Source: Octopus bimaculoides (lineage: Eukaryota). From it: 34,000 bases of DNA. A program made the translations under genes and the position numbers. A model generated the notes under the pieces. The model was not told the DNA's origin. It saw only the letters and a list, made by a program, of their open reading frames with translations, and did not search any database. Shown one piece after another: positions 11,391 through 23,329 of this stretch. How positions within the stretch are numbered: position 1 is the stretch's first letter; each line of letters begins with the position of its first letter. Location: NCBI RefSeq assembly GCF_001194135.2, contig NC_068989.1, positions 26,493,601 to 26,527,600 of the forward strand, in the 5' to 3' direction.

Positions 11391-12399
11391 TACTGTTGTT
11401 ATAATTGTCGTAGGAAAGGTAGCAGCGGTAGTCGCAACAACAGTAGTAGTGATAGTAGCAATATTAATACTAGGAAATAACCTAGGAGGCAAGCAACGTA
11501 TTCCTCACCTCCGGCATTATACTGATTAGTAAAGGAAAGTTATCTCCCTTAGCTGTTGCCTTTGTCATTTTGGTGCATAGTAACGTTGGACCCAATCATG
11601 CATCCCATTTTTTGTACATGCACTATTCAATCAGATCACTCCACTTCACTTTCTGCGCACAAATTTCACTGTCAATGAAGGTTTAAAAATTTTGATGGGA
11701 AGAGGAAACGACTGTCGCTTACATTTATCATTTTAGTCTTGTTTCATCGTCATATATTCAGGTGATAACAGTGAAACGATTTCTTTTGCATCGATTCTCC
11801 AAACATGAATCACGTAAGCTGTCAAAACGCAATCAAATTATTATGAAATTTCCCACACACGCAAAGAACAAAAATATATACTGGAGAAAACCTCTAGGAA
11901 GAATGTTGCAAGGGTTCCCCTTCAAACAGTCAATGAACTACCAAATTTCAACGCAAAATATTATTTCTGCTCTACACAACAGACAAACCAGAGTTAGCAT
12001 TCATGGAAATCCATCAGAAAAACAATATAGAAAATTCCAAAATTATAATAAGAATTCCTAATACAATAAACGAGGGAATGTACTTCTTAAGTTACATGCA
12101 AACAAGCAGCTCCAGAAAATAATAATTGAATATGAAAAGATATTATGAGAAATTTCATGCACAAAAAGAAACCCGAATATCAACACGCTGAATGGCTTAA
12201 TCTAATGAGTGGCTATGGTAGTTTCGAGGAAACCCAGGTTTTATATTAATTGAGTAAGGAGCCACTCAACCAAACATAACAACCATCAATTAAAAGAAAA
12301 TCTATATTTAAGTCAGAAGATACAAAAAGAAAAAAAAGGGAAGCAGAAGCATCTGGCTTCATTTCATAGAAATGAAAGAAACTACACGTGTGAGAAAGT

Positions 12400-13060
12400 A
12401 GGGAAAGAGAAATATCCAGAAATATTATAAGAGAAATGACGATATTCTCGAAGTAAAGGAAGGCACTTAATCAAATCATATCATCAAAGGCAAGCAGGAT
12501 AAGGCGTTACATAAAATGTAAGCACTTGTTAAAAGATATCATGGCATTTGAAACTAGTGCAAAAACAAACACTTGACAAACATCAACATCAAATGAAGTT
12601 TATGCATATTGGAACAAATACCAGAAAATACATTTGTTAGCAAAGGAGGATACACAAAAATGCAATAAATGCGCCAGCAACGTGTTTGCTTAACAAGCAA
12701 GTACTTCAGTACGTTCTCACACAATTCGGTATAAATGACAGCTATGTATCCTTATCCTGGTTAAAGCACTTACGCATCATTTACTAATTTGGAAATAAAA
12801 TGGACTTGGCAACTGGCCCATGCCTTTGCTTAAGGGAAAAGTATAGTAAATATCTTCATTTATGATGCACCATACGTGTCTCAGTATACAAAGCTAAATA
12901 TTTGAGAACACCATTATATGGTATATTCCAGTCCACTAGGAAGTTATAACATCTAACCAGAGTAGCAGATATATAATAGGAGCTTGACAGATGCTTGTTT
13001 AAAACAGCCACTTCAAATCCAGTTAATCGGTAGGAAAAAAAAACGGAAAAGAATAATGTT
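12400..13060 (+). mobile_element. Highly decayed R4/Dong-like fragment (pre-RT region and early RT motifs)
   Basis: 'ILEVKE / ALNQIISSKASRIRRYIKCKH...FETSAK' parallels 'MEELKQRLVAKKAKLVRY' at about 17820. Later remnants read 'EVYAYWNK', 'SWLKHL', 'LATGPCLCLR' and 'E*Q..RSLTDACLKQPL'. The fragment may extend upstream to about 11760. Confidence 0.5.
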
Positions 13061-14129
13061 ATCACAATATAGTTTAATTATGAAAGTCAAACTCTTGAAT
13101 ATGGATATAATAACTTCAGTAGTAACCTATTATATCAAGTATCTGGTTTCAATATGGAAAAAATGAATGGTATAAACTACTTTACGAGATTAATAATTCT
13201 TCATGGATTTGCCAGGGGTATAGAAGTCAGCATTCTAGTCGCCAGTGAAACAAATGTAACTGTATTAACCTAGATCCAACACTGAAACTGAAAAATTAAA
13301 ACAATAGCACATCCAAAAGGGTGGAATTAATTCGGCATAACGCACATACATAAGGGAGAAAAGTACTATACAGTATTTCAGAATGGCCACACTAATACAT
13401 AAAATTCTGAACAACATGCATTGTGTTTTTTTTTAACAAATAGATATTTCAAGTGAACTCTATTATAAACTATGGTTTAAACATAATTCGGTAAAAGTAA
13501 ATCCAATAAAGATATGAAATACCGGCTCCATCAACATTGATTTTTGGTGCTTAATACAATGTTATAAGATTTTTTTCCTTAATACTGTATAGTGTTTGGT
13601 CTTTAGTACGATGATGTATTTCCTTTTCCTTTGACTTTTTGAAGTAATAAATGTATGCCTAAAGAATAACTAAATGACAGCAGAAGAAAACTGCTGAATG
13701 TAACAAGATAACATGAAGAAGGAAGAAAAAGTTATTATATGTGTAGGTGAAAAGAGTAAAATTCATACTTGGATCTAATAATGAGAATGGATGAGTGGAC
13801 AAGAGTGGTCATGTCTACTGATGCAGTCATCACATTTTGCAGGAGATTCATATATCATTGCTTTGCTTGACTTATACCCATGCAACTTATGCAACTTACT
13901 GAAACCTAGCTCGTCGGAAGCATTGAGATTTGAGCGATGCAGAAATGTCTAAGACTGTTACCGAAACTTTGACTGCTATGGTGATGGTGGGCCACATGGT
14001 CAATCTCAATTCTAATAACACTATGTGACTAACCTTCACCAGTAGCAGCTGAGTTTTCGATGGCCATCTCTCCATTCGCCTAACTGAGCTCGGCGAGCTA
14101 GGTTTCAGTAAGAAACCAATAAGTTGCAT

Positions 14130-15120
14130 GGCAAATATTAGGCCCGTAGCAAACAAGCTGATAGAGAGCAGGAATACGCCCATCACTCGCCCCGGAGCTC
14201 AGAGCTTGAGGCAGCGAGCGCAGGCTTTATTTTAGCTCCTCAAGATCGGAGGTTATTGAGCCGAAACTACGAAGCCAATGAGATGAAAACTGAAATAGAC
14301 CCAAAGTGCCGATACTACAACAGTGCTGTACCCGTCAGGCTCAGTGGTCTACCTAAACTCTGGTGTCAAGGTTTTAGCACCAATAGCGTATAAATCAAGA
14401 CATGACAATGTTGGTCAATATCTATACTGGTTAATATGTTGGCATCATAAACTCAAAACTGTTGACAAATGGTACAAGCACTACCCTGAGGCTGTAACTT
14501 AGGGAGAAAATGTGACTATTCTGTGGGCTTTTCGAGTACATACGAACCGGACCATCAAATCTAATAAACCAGATAATGTTATGAATGAGAAAATAAAAAT
14601 TAAATCCCTATATGACATGAGCATACCTTGTGATCATAATATCTCGGCAAAAGAATTTGATAAGCTCAGAAAATATAAAGATTTAAGGATCGAAATGGAA
14701 AACATGTGGTATCTCAAGTTGGTTACAACACCAGTGCAATTGAAATGATCAAAACACGAAATGAAAATTATTTGAGGATGATTCGGGGTTTACCATTCAT
14801 GCAGAAAGTACAAAAGATTGTCTTAGCTGGTACGTAACGCATAATGAAAAGAGCTTTGTCATTGTGAATTTTCTTTCCTTTTTGCCTTTCATTTTCTTTT
14901 TCTTTTTCAGTTTTTCTTATATTCTTTCTTTTCTTTATTCACTCTGTCTTTCTTCCACTTTTTTTCCATCAAATGACTTCGGAAATAATCAATATCGTGT
15001 GTTTATTTTAAAAGCTACTAATGTATACAGTGAGTTTCTTTGCCCCAAGTGTTGGGAAAACACTCGGAAAGAAATGGAAACAAAATTGAAGAAGACAATA
15101 ATAGTAATAATAATAATAAG
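14130..15120 (+). mobile_element. Decayed R4/Dong-like 3' portion (knuckle, RLE and 3' UTR) ending in (TAA)n
   Basis: 'KLHGKY', 'AGFILAPQDRRLLSRNYEA..DPKCR', 'YKSRHDNVGQYLYWLIC', 'WYKHYPE', 'ILWAFRVHTNRTIKSNKPD', 'DMSIPCDHNISAKEFDKLRKYKDL'. The stop is near 14868 and the UTR ends 'aataatagtaataataataataag'. Confidence 0.85.
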
Positions 15121-15499
15121 AATACATATATATACATATACACATATATACACACATACACACACATATGTATATATATATATATATAAATATATATANN
15201 NNNNNNNNNNNNNNNNNNNNNNNNNNNNNNNNNNNNNNNNNNNNNNNNNNNNNNNNNNNNNNNNNNNNNNNNNNNNNNNNNNNNNNNNNNNNNNNNNNNN
15301 NNNNNNNNNNNNNNNNNNNNNNNNNNNNNNNNNNNNNNNNNNNNNNNNNNNNNNNNNNNNNNNNNNNNNNNNNNNNNNNNNNNNNNNNNNNNNNNNNNNN
15401 NNNNNNNNNNNNNNNNNNNNNNNNNNNNNNNNNNNNNNNNNNNNNNNNNNNNNNNNNNNNNNNNNNNNNNNNNNNNNNNNNNNNNNNNNNNNNNNNAGG

Positions 15500-16310
15500 T
15501 TTTTGTTTAAAGCTGATTCTTTTGTATGTTTGAAAGCTGTAATTATGTAAGTTTCCTAACTTATTTTATTTTGAGGGAGATTTAAAATATCCACAGGAAA
15601 TTGTAGATATTCCAGTCTTTGGGAATAGTAGGAAGAAGAAATGTTGACCTTGTTGGATTTTTTAATTTCTGAATTTCTTTTTCTTTTGGAATTTTCTTTT
15701 ACTTTTTAAAAGTTTCGCTGTGGTTTACAGTTTTTGTGGTTGTGCAGTATGTATATATATATATTGGCAGGTGCTTAATGCCTTATTTTTTTATCGGGCA
15801 TATAATTGTGTTGTTGCAATAAAAGGCGTGTTTACATATTATGTTAGTCACAGAAGAACGAAGGATAAAATGGTCACACAAAATTGGAGATATTAAAGTT
15901 TCTAAAATTTTTGAGGTGTTCGTTTGTGTGTCCGTTCAGAGAAAACTGGTGTATTTTTACAATGAAAAAGATGTTTACATTTTCTAATATTCAAGGGAAA
16001 AGGAAGGGAAAGAAAAGGAAGGTAAAATTTTATCACAGAAAATTGTAGATATTAAGGTTTTAAAATTTACTGGAGATGATCTTTTGTCTGTCTGAATAGA
16101 GAAAACTGTAGTGTTCTTGGAATAAAGAAGATGTTTACATTTTCAAATGCTCAGGGGGAAAGAAAATGATAGGTATTCATAGATGTAGATATTAAAGCTT
16201 TTAAAGCTGATTGTTTATGTGTTCGAAAGCTGTAGATATGTAAGTTCCTTAAATTAATTTGAGGGAAATTCAATATACTCACAGGAAACAGTAGATGTTC
16301 CAGTCTTTTA
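15500..16310. repeat. Diverged local tandem/duplicated repeat (about 160-nt units, core 'tgtagatattaa(a/g)g')
   Basis: 15876-16000 aligns with 16034-16162, and 15507-15620 aligns with 16201-16308. Confidence 0.7.
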
Positions 16311-16543
16311 GAGTTATCTTTCAGTTGTCGTGCCTGCTTGCATTAGTGTTTCTGTGTCTTCAGCTGCTGAGAGGTCAGAGCAGAGAAGAGCATATCCGGC
16401 CGCTGTCACTTCCAGGCGCCTTGGCTAGACCTGTAGAATATGATCTATTCACCAAACTGCTACCCAAATATTTCCTAAAACAACCACATATTTATGATTA
16501 TCTCAAGTACAAGACAAAAGTTGAAAAAATAAAGAACATTTAG
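16295..16543 (+). CDS. Hypothetical small protein with signal-peptide-like N-terminus (candidate only)
   Basis: 82-aa ORF with 'LSCLLALVFLCLQLLRG-QSREE'. It lies in a locally GC-richer segment and has an in-frame acceptor-like 'ttatctttcag' at about 16324. No homology recognised. Confidence 0.2.
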   Translation: MFQSFRVIFQLSCLLALVFLCLQLLRGQSREEHIRPLSLPGALARPVEYDLFTKLLPKYFLKQPHIYDYLKYKTKVEKIKNI

Positions 16544-16559
16544 AAAAATCTTTTAATAA

Positions 16560-16826
16560 TAAATGGAAATAATAATAATGATAATAACAATGGTGATGGT
16601 GATAATGATAATAATAATGATAATAATATGCTGCAGCTGCTAATACTAGATACCACTAATATTACAATAATACTACAACTAATATTATGGTAGCACAGGA
16701 ATCTCAGGCCAAACTACCAGCCTTAACACTACACCCACCACTGACGCTGTTAGAATTGCTGCAACCACTACTGCTACTACACACAAAAAAATATCAGTGA
16801 TATCAATGACGATAATAATAATAATG
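16560..16826. repeat. Degenerate AAT/GAT/ACT-rich trinucleotide region
   Basis: Directly visible; ends 'aataataataataatg' just before the LINE 5' end. Confidence 0.85.
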
Positions 16827-16829
16827 TTG

Positions 16830-18420
16830 AAAGGAAACGGGTGGAGTATCCCTATGAATAATTAATGATACATCTAGTGATGGTGGTACAAAAATAAAAA
16901 CACTGGTAATTGCGCAACCTGATAATCGCTACCTCATATGAGTGACAATGATAAAACAGAATATTGTGAATACCGGTGGTAATGAAACTGATGGTGACAA
17001 TGTTACACCTGGTAAGCTCAGACATCCTGGTCTGGCTCCAGCCTGTCGATATCCAAAAGGGCACCACTACACACGGCGTAGGTGGAGCGAGCAAATTAAT
17101 GCTGTGGTCATGGAGTGTTACTACCTGAGCAGCTCGGTAGATGAAAAGGGAGATCAAATTAGGGGTAACTCACGGAATAGAGACTATGTGATCAAGTTAG
17201 TGCAATAAGAAAAAATTGTTAGTTCACAGAAGTAGAGCTCGAAGCTATCAAAAGACGGGTCATGGAAAATAGCAGCAGAGATAACAATGAAAATACAGTT
17301 CTTACTAATAAGCTCATAGCACAAGAAAGCGGTAGTTTACTTGATGAGATACATAGAGATGATCTAAAAGAAGACAATATGACTAAAGGCGATATGAAAG
17401 ATTAACAAAAGCAATCTACTACAGAATAAAGGAAAGACTACAGGAGAACGACAGTGACATTATTCGCAAACTTTAAAAAAATGGATCGATGGAAATTGAA
17501 CCAAGAAACGAAAAATGTCAATAAAATTCTGAAATACATCAGAACAAACATCACAGAAACAAATAATTTGATCAAGGCAGCTAGTATTGTTGTAGTAAAA
17601 AACTTGTGTGTTGATGTCAGGAAAAAGAAGCATAGTGGGAGTGACAAAGGAAAAGATCCATGGTGGAAAAGAATTCAGGTAGGGTTAGACATACTCTTTA
17701 ATGAAATCTCGGTGTTAGACCGAAAAGAGAAAGGGGACCTTCAAAGCGAACAAAAATACACGCCGTTGAAAAAGAAAAGGAAGAACAATATTGAAAGAAA
17801 ATGGCTGAAAGTAGTAATGGAGGAACTGAAACAGCGCCTCGTTGCAAAGAAAGCAAAGCTGGTAAGATACGACCAAAAATGAAGGGTTATGACCAGAATA
17901 TATTATTCAGAGTAGATCAGAAGAGATTCTATAAAGAAATAAATGGAGAGTGTACAGATGAAAAGTTTATACCAGGTATCTTTGAAAGTCAAAGGTTTTA
18001 GAGTGACATCTGGAGCAAAGACAAGGAGCACAAGAAGGATGCTGAGTGGTTGCAAGAACTGAAACAAACAGTAGCCTGTCCAAAACAGGCAAGAACTAGT
18101 CATTTCAGTTAGGGAAGTGAAGGAAATCAGCAAGAAAAAAATGCCAACTAAGAAGGCTCCGGGACCAGATGGAGTTCAAGGAAATTGTATCAAAAGATTT
18201 GGTGAAAGTCATGCACGAATAGTTGCGCAACTTAACACCTTGTTAAATATGCTGGATAATAGATATAGCATGCCCAGCTGACAACAAGGTATGCGATAAG
18301 GAAAAAAGAAAAGTTGAGAGATATGACAGGTTAGCTTGGGACGTTAAGCAGTTGTGGTGGATGAAATAGCTAGCAGTAGTACCAATAATTGACGGAGCCC
18401 TAGGAACAGTGAGCAAAGCC
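16830..18420 (+). mobile_element. R4/Dong-like element with 5' region retained and RT internally deleted
   Basis: N-terminal 'RRRWSEQINAVVMECYYLS', 'MEELKQRLVAKKAKLVRY', 'QNILFRVDQKRFYKEI', 'DIWS..HKKDAEWL' and 'KAPGPDGVQG'. At about 18250 the frame jumps straight to RLE 'CWIIDIACPADNKVCDKEKRKVERY...VVPIIDGALGTVSKA'. Confidence 0.85.
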
Positions 18421-18801
18421 TCCCCACCAAAAATTATCAAAAACATATAATGAAAAGAAACATAACAAGTAACTGTAGAATATGTGGAGATGGACAAGAA
18501 ATAATAAATCATATTATCTCTGGCTGCCCAGTCCTGACTAAGAAGGAATATATTCACAGACACGACAGAGCTGGGACCTATATACACTGGAAGCTATGCC
18601 AACACTATGGAATAACAACAGAAAAAAGATGGTATAAACACACGCCAGAAAAGGTCACAGAAAACGAGAAAGCAACCATACTCTGGGATATGCCAATACA
18701 CACAGATAGAGAAATTAAGGCCAATAGACCAGATATAGTTGTCAAAGATCATGAAAAAAAAATACTTTCTAATTGATGTATCAATACCAGCAGATGACAA
18801 C
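18421..18801 (+). mobile_element. Better-preserved 5'-truncated R4/Dong-like copy (CCHC knuckle and RLE), running into a gap
   Basis: Nearly intact frame: 'CRICGDGQEIINHIISGCP' (CX2CX8HX4C), 'RHDRAGTYIHWKLC', 'WDMPIHTDREIKANRPDIVVKD', then a frameshift in an A-run to 'LIDVSIPADDN'. Confidence 0.92.
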
Positions 18802-19150
18802 NNNNNNNNNNNNNNNNNNNNNNNNNNNNNNNNNNNNNNNNNNNNNNNNNNNNNNNNNNNNNNNNNNNNNNNNNNNNNNNNNNNNNNNNNNNNNNNNNNN
18901 NNNNNNNNNNNNNNNNNNNNNNNNNNNNNNNNNNNNNNNNNNNNNNNNNNNNNNNNNNNNNNNNNNNNNNNNNNNNNNNNNNNNNNNNNNNNNNNNNNNN
19001 NNNNNNNNNNNNNNNNNNNNNNNNNNNNNNNNNNNNNNNNNNNNNNNNNNNNNNNNNNNNNNNNNNNNNNNNNNNNNNNNNNNNNNNNNNNNNNNNNNNN
19101 NNNNNNNNNNNNNNNNNNNNNNNNNNNNNNNNNNNNNNNNNNNNNNNNNN

Positions 19151-19222
<72 letters not shown>

Positions 19223-19289
19223 AAGAAGAAGAAGAAGAAGAAGAAGAAGAAGAAGAAGAAGAAGAAGAAGAAGAAGAAGAAGAAGAAGA
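19151..19289. repeat. (AAT)n(AAG)n compound microsatellite
   Basis: Directly visible after the gap. Confidence 0.97.
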
Positions 19290-19860
19290 CCTTAACCAGT
19301 TGAGCATATGACACTCGATGGCTGACGAAATGTGCATTTCTGATCATGTGCTGAAGGAACATGGGATAATCATAGCCATGTATTGAGAGGAATCCTTTGA
19401 AGTTTGGATAATTCACTTCTGGGAAACATGGGGTTTTCGTTTAACATCATTAAATTACCATTATTCACGGACCTTTTGAATGGGATAGGCTACTCAACCT
19501 AAACAAAGTTCTAAGTGTGCGCCACCTGCAAAATTATGCACAGTTTATCCTGGTATAAGATCACCATGTCACGCAAATATGGTTGTGATGCATGTGCCTG
19601 GTGTACCCTTATCAGATGGGTAGTCATGGTGGGTATACTGGGCTCCGTATATTTTACCCCAGTGTCACTTTTGTAGCATGCACTGCTCTCTCACTCAATA
19701 ATCATAATAATAGTAATAGATGAAATACCAGGCAGTGGCTTCCATGGCTTATCATCTTAACTGATTTTAAACGTTATCATGTACATTGTTTTGTCTCTGT
19801 GTAAAATAAGGGCCATAGTAAAAATTCTGCTCAATATCACAGATTTGCTTATGTTCGATA
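19289..19860 (+). mobile_element. Probable non-coding retroelement 3' UTR-type repeat
   Basis: Starts at a microsatellite and has 'gcatgcactgctctctcactc' followed by an aataatcataataatag tail near 19700, as expected of a TAA-tailed retroelement end. It resembles from memory a common octopus repeat; this is not verified. Confidence 0.4.
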
Positions 19861-20265
19861 AATGTGCAAAAGTTGCCTTCATCAGAGGAAAATGATTGAA
19901 ACAGCCAACATAAATTGTGTCCAACAGAATGTCATAAAGGAGTTAGAAGCCGCAGAGAGAAAAGATCAGAAGAGAATATTATCGCAGGGTAAGGGAAATA
20001 CTCAAGGCAGAGCTGAATGCAAGAAACAGAATCGAAACGATCAATACTTTAGCCATACCGATCGTGACTTACAGTTTCAATATCATTGACTGAAATATGT
20101 AATCTTGACAGAAATATAGGGAATTTGTTGACAATGCATAGAATGTACCACCCTATGGTAGATATAGAACGACTTTACCTGCCAAGAAAAGAAGGGTGCC
20201 CTGGACTTTTACAAGTGGAATTAACCATGAACATTACCAAGGACCGTCTTGGTGAGTAAAGTTGC
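19861..20265 (+). mobile_element. R4/Dong-like RT C-terminal/thumb fragment
   Basis: 'KCAKVAFIRGK', 'EKIRREYYRRVREILKAELNARNRIETINTLAIPIVTYSFNIID' and 'MHRMYHPMVDIERLYLPRKEGCPGLLQVEL'. Confidence 0.88.
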
Positions 20266-20687
20266 ATTTACAACAAAAAATAAATAAATAAAATAAAAAG
20301 AAACAATATATTTATTACATCTTATTGCAAAATGAAAACGAAGTATAGAAATATCAACAAAGGGAAGGAAAATTAACCAAAGTAATTTGCGGAAAATCTA
20401 CTCAAATTTCTGGACAACATTGATGTTTGAAACACAAATGTGTTTTCATCACATTGCTTACGATATGTTTTCATCGTATTATCAACTGTTTCTCACTTTA
20501 GTTTCATCGGCCTTACTGCTCTTCAGTGTTTGTCTAAAGGGAAAGAAACATTTGTTAAGAAATATATCAACTCGAGCGACTAAACAACTATTAATGCAGA
20601 ATAATCCACAATACCACAATGCAGAAGACTTGTAAGAATTCCTTTACAATAACATGCAGCAGATCAAACTTAAATTTTATTTTGCAG

Positions 20688-22791
20688 ATGATACGATTCA
20701 TTCGACACGTCAGAGCTTATTACACACAAAGCAGTAGTACACGAGCATACGCCGAATTCGTAAGCGATAACGTCAGTAACTGGCACTGACATGTTTGTAT
20801 AGATTATCCAAAGAGGCAACACCCACAATCGCTACACTATGAAATCAAAGATTTTCGAATTTTCCGATAAATCCTGGCAAGAATGTTACCAAGAAAACAA
20901 TGTCCACATATCGCCGTTAACGTCACAGTTTTGCAGAAGGCATGAGCGCAGATATCATTTGTTAACACTTCGGCTTGCTGGAAACTTAGTGTACATCCCT
21001 CTAGTGACATCAGAGTGATGCCCACATCTGTTACTTCTCCTGTTCGAGTTTCGGTCTTGATCTCAGTGTTTCGTCATCAGAGAAGTAAAGTATGATGGAT
21101 TCTAACTTTGTAAAGTAAGCGCCTGGCACGGTTCAATACGGTTTTTCATTCTCGATATATTTGTCTTCACGCCTTAATATACATAAAATGCATTTAAATG
21201 TTACTATTATATCTGCCTTTTAGCACCATGGCATTCTTGTTTGAACTGATATAGTCAAAACTCTTCCTGGAGTAACGATCTGTATATTTGTGTAATTCGT
21301 CCTAGCGTATGTGATGTGTCCTCCTTCCTTATCAAGCAAACAAAATGTGTTTTAAAAATGTATCGTGCAGTTGTTGCGAGTCTATTGAACGTAGAGTGAA
21401 TCGCTCACTGTTTACCCGTTTCGTCGTAAGAGATTCGAAGATATCAAGAAAGTGTACATGATTTGTGGTTAGTACCAGAAGAGTATTTTCTGTTTTAGCA
21501 ATTTTCTCATCTTATCTCCTATAAAGTACATATCATAGTACGAACTCTGAAAAGAAAAAGTAAATTTTCAATTTCTAATTAAAACTATATATTTTTATTT
21601 CAGCATCTAATAATGATTAATTATGATGCCATATACAATCTTCTAATCATAATATTTTTCATATTCACAAAAATGCCAATTGTTATTACACCTGTTGCAA
21701 CACGACATATAAATGTAGCAGAAAAGGTTCAAGATTTTTATGAAATTGAACCTAATGATCTTGATAGTTACTTTTCATCATATAACTTCGGGAAAACTAA
21801 AAAGCAATTATAAATGCTAATCTTCATAGAACTTTAATCAATTCAAGTTTGGTGCCTACATATGAAGTAGGCCTATGGAGTATCAAGATAAAAATTATTA
21901 TAAATCAACTACAAGGCAGAAAATTATTAGAATCTCTCTCTCTCTCTGTCTCTCTCTTTTTTCCTCTCCCCTTCTCTCTGAATTTTGCACTAGTAAATAA
22001 ATACCATTTAACTTGAATAGGTAAAATATAAGTAGCAAACCGTAGTGTAAATATTATTTTTCATGCTATAAAGACAAAGTTAGGAATATTTTCCTAATCC
22101 ATTTTATTATTGGTTTATGTATTTTTATAGAATAATACACACGCTATTAACATTAATCTTAGAGTATCCATCTGAATGACAGTATAAACAAATTTTTTCT
22201 AGTATCCCTTAAGTTCAATCCCTTTCAAAATCTAGTGCACAGTAATACATCCCTACTACTGTATTAATAAATTAATACGGAGTATAGACAAGCAAAATTT
22301 ATTCGACTAAATACGTTATTATACTATATTTGTGCAACAGTGATCGCCATCATTAGACATTGTTACTAAATTTGAGAACATCTGGTCAGTGAGTATTTCA
22401 TTTTAAACATTTTAAAGTACTTCATATTTAGTCAATTTTATATAAACGTGCGACAGGTAACAGAATCAATCTATATAACAATATCTCAAGTTGAAGTAGT
22501 TCTCCACAATGAAGACTACTTATATAACATTCAAAATTTGCATCCAAGGCAATACAAAAGATACCTTATCTTCTTATAGAAATCATTAAATTTAATTAGT
22601 AATTAAGAACAGAAATAAAAAGCGACGTGATTGTCAATAAGAGCTCCCCTCATATTTGCATCAATTTCAGATTACTCTTTATTAAAATTACGTGTTATTC
22701 TTTCATTTTTCTTTCTTTTCTTTGTGTCTGTGCAGAAAAATCTTTATTGATTTGTCACATGTTAAAAATTGCTATAGAAATATGAAAATGA
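20688..22791 (+). other. Candidate spliced transcript (several exon-like segments) in non-repetitive DNA
   Basis: Acceptor ttttattttgcag|20688 with donor 20759|gtaagc; donor 21114|gtaagc; ctaat branch point plus tttttatttcag|21604; tgtgcaacag|22341 with 22388|gtgagt; long pyrimidine tract gcag|22736 with 22791|gtaaat. No continuous ORF links them. Confidence 0.25.
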
Positions 22792-23329
22792 GTAAATTTC
22801 CTGGTGTTTCGTAATAATATACACTAACACAACATAAAAATATTTATCTATAACATTGTATTATATGAATGCTTTCAAGAGATGATTTATTTTTTGTATT
22901 GAAGTAGGTATAGTATTTATTTCACTGACGAAAATAAAAACTACGTTTACGTTTACACAAGTTCATTATATTTATTATTTCTCTTTTACATTTTGATCTT
23001 CTCATTTTTTAATATTTTCACTTTGATATTTTCTTCTGTATAAAATTTTCTAGTTTTGGCATTTTTGTCTATGTGCTCTTATGTATGGGTATTAAATATC
23101 CTGCGTCAGTTATTAGGAACTGAATCACCATAACCATAGCCCTCCTTATCGTGAGTTGTGCTGAATTTTTATGGAAATGATTCCATTTAATGTGGGAACT
23201 TTCGTTAGTTTTATAAAACCGTTGTATCGCACGTTTGAGGTACGATATAACAGGAGTATAATGTCCTTACAAATCGTTCTACTCAAGATACACATACTTG
23301 TAATTACACTCGACAATACGCTTCCCTCT

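Noticed and set aside
11570-11740. Possible second Helitron helicase remnant on the minus strand ('KRQSFPL...')
   Set aside because: The similarity is too faint across broken frames to support by eye.
19862-20089. 75-aa ORF with a gtaagg donor-like site as a host exon
   Set aside because: An overlapping frame clearly encodes R4-like RT/thumb motifs, so the segment is LINE-derived.
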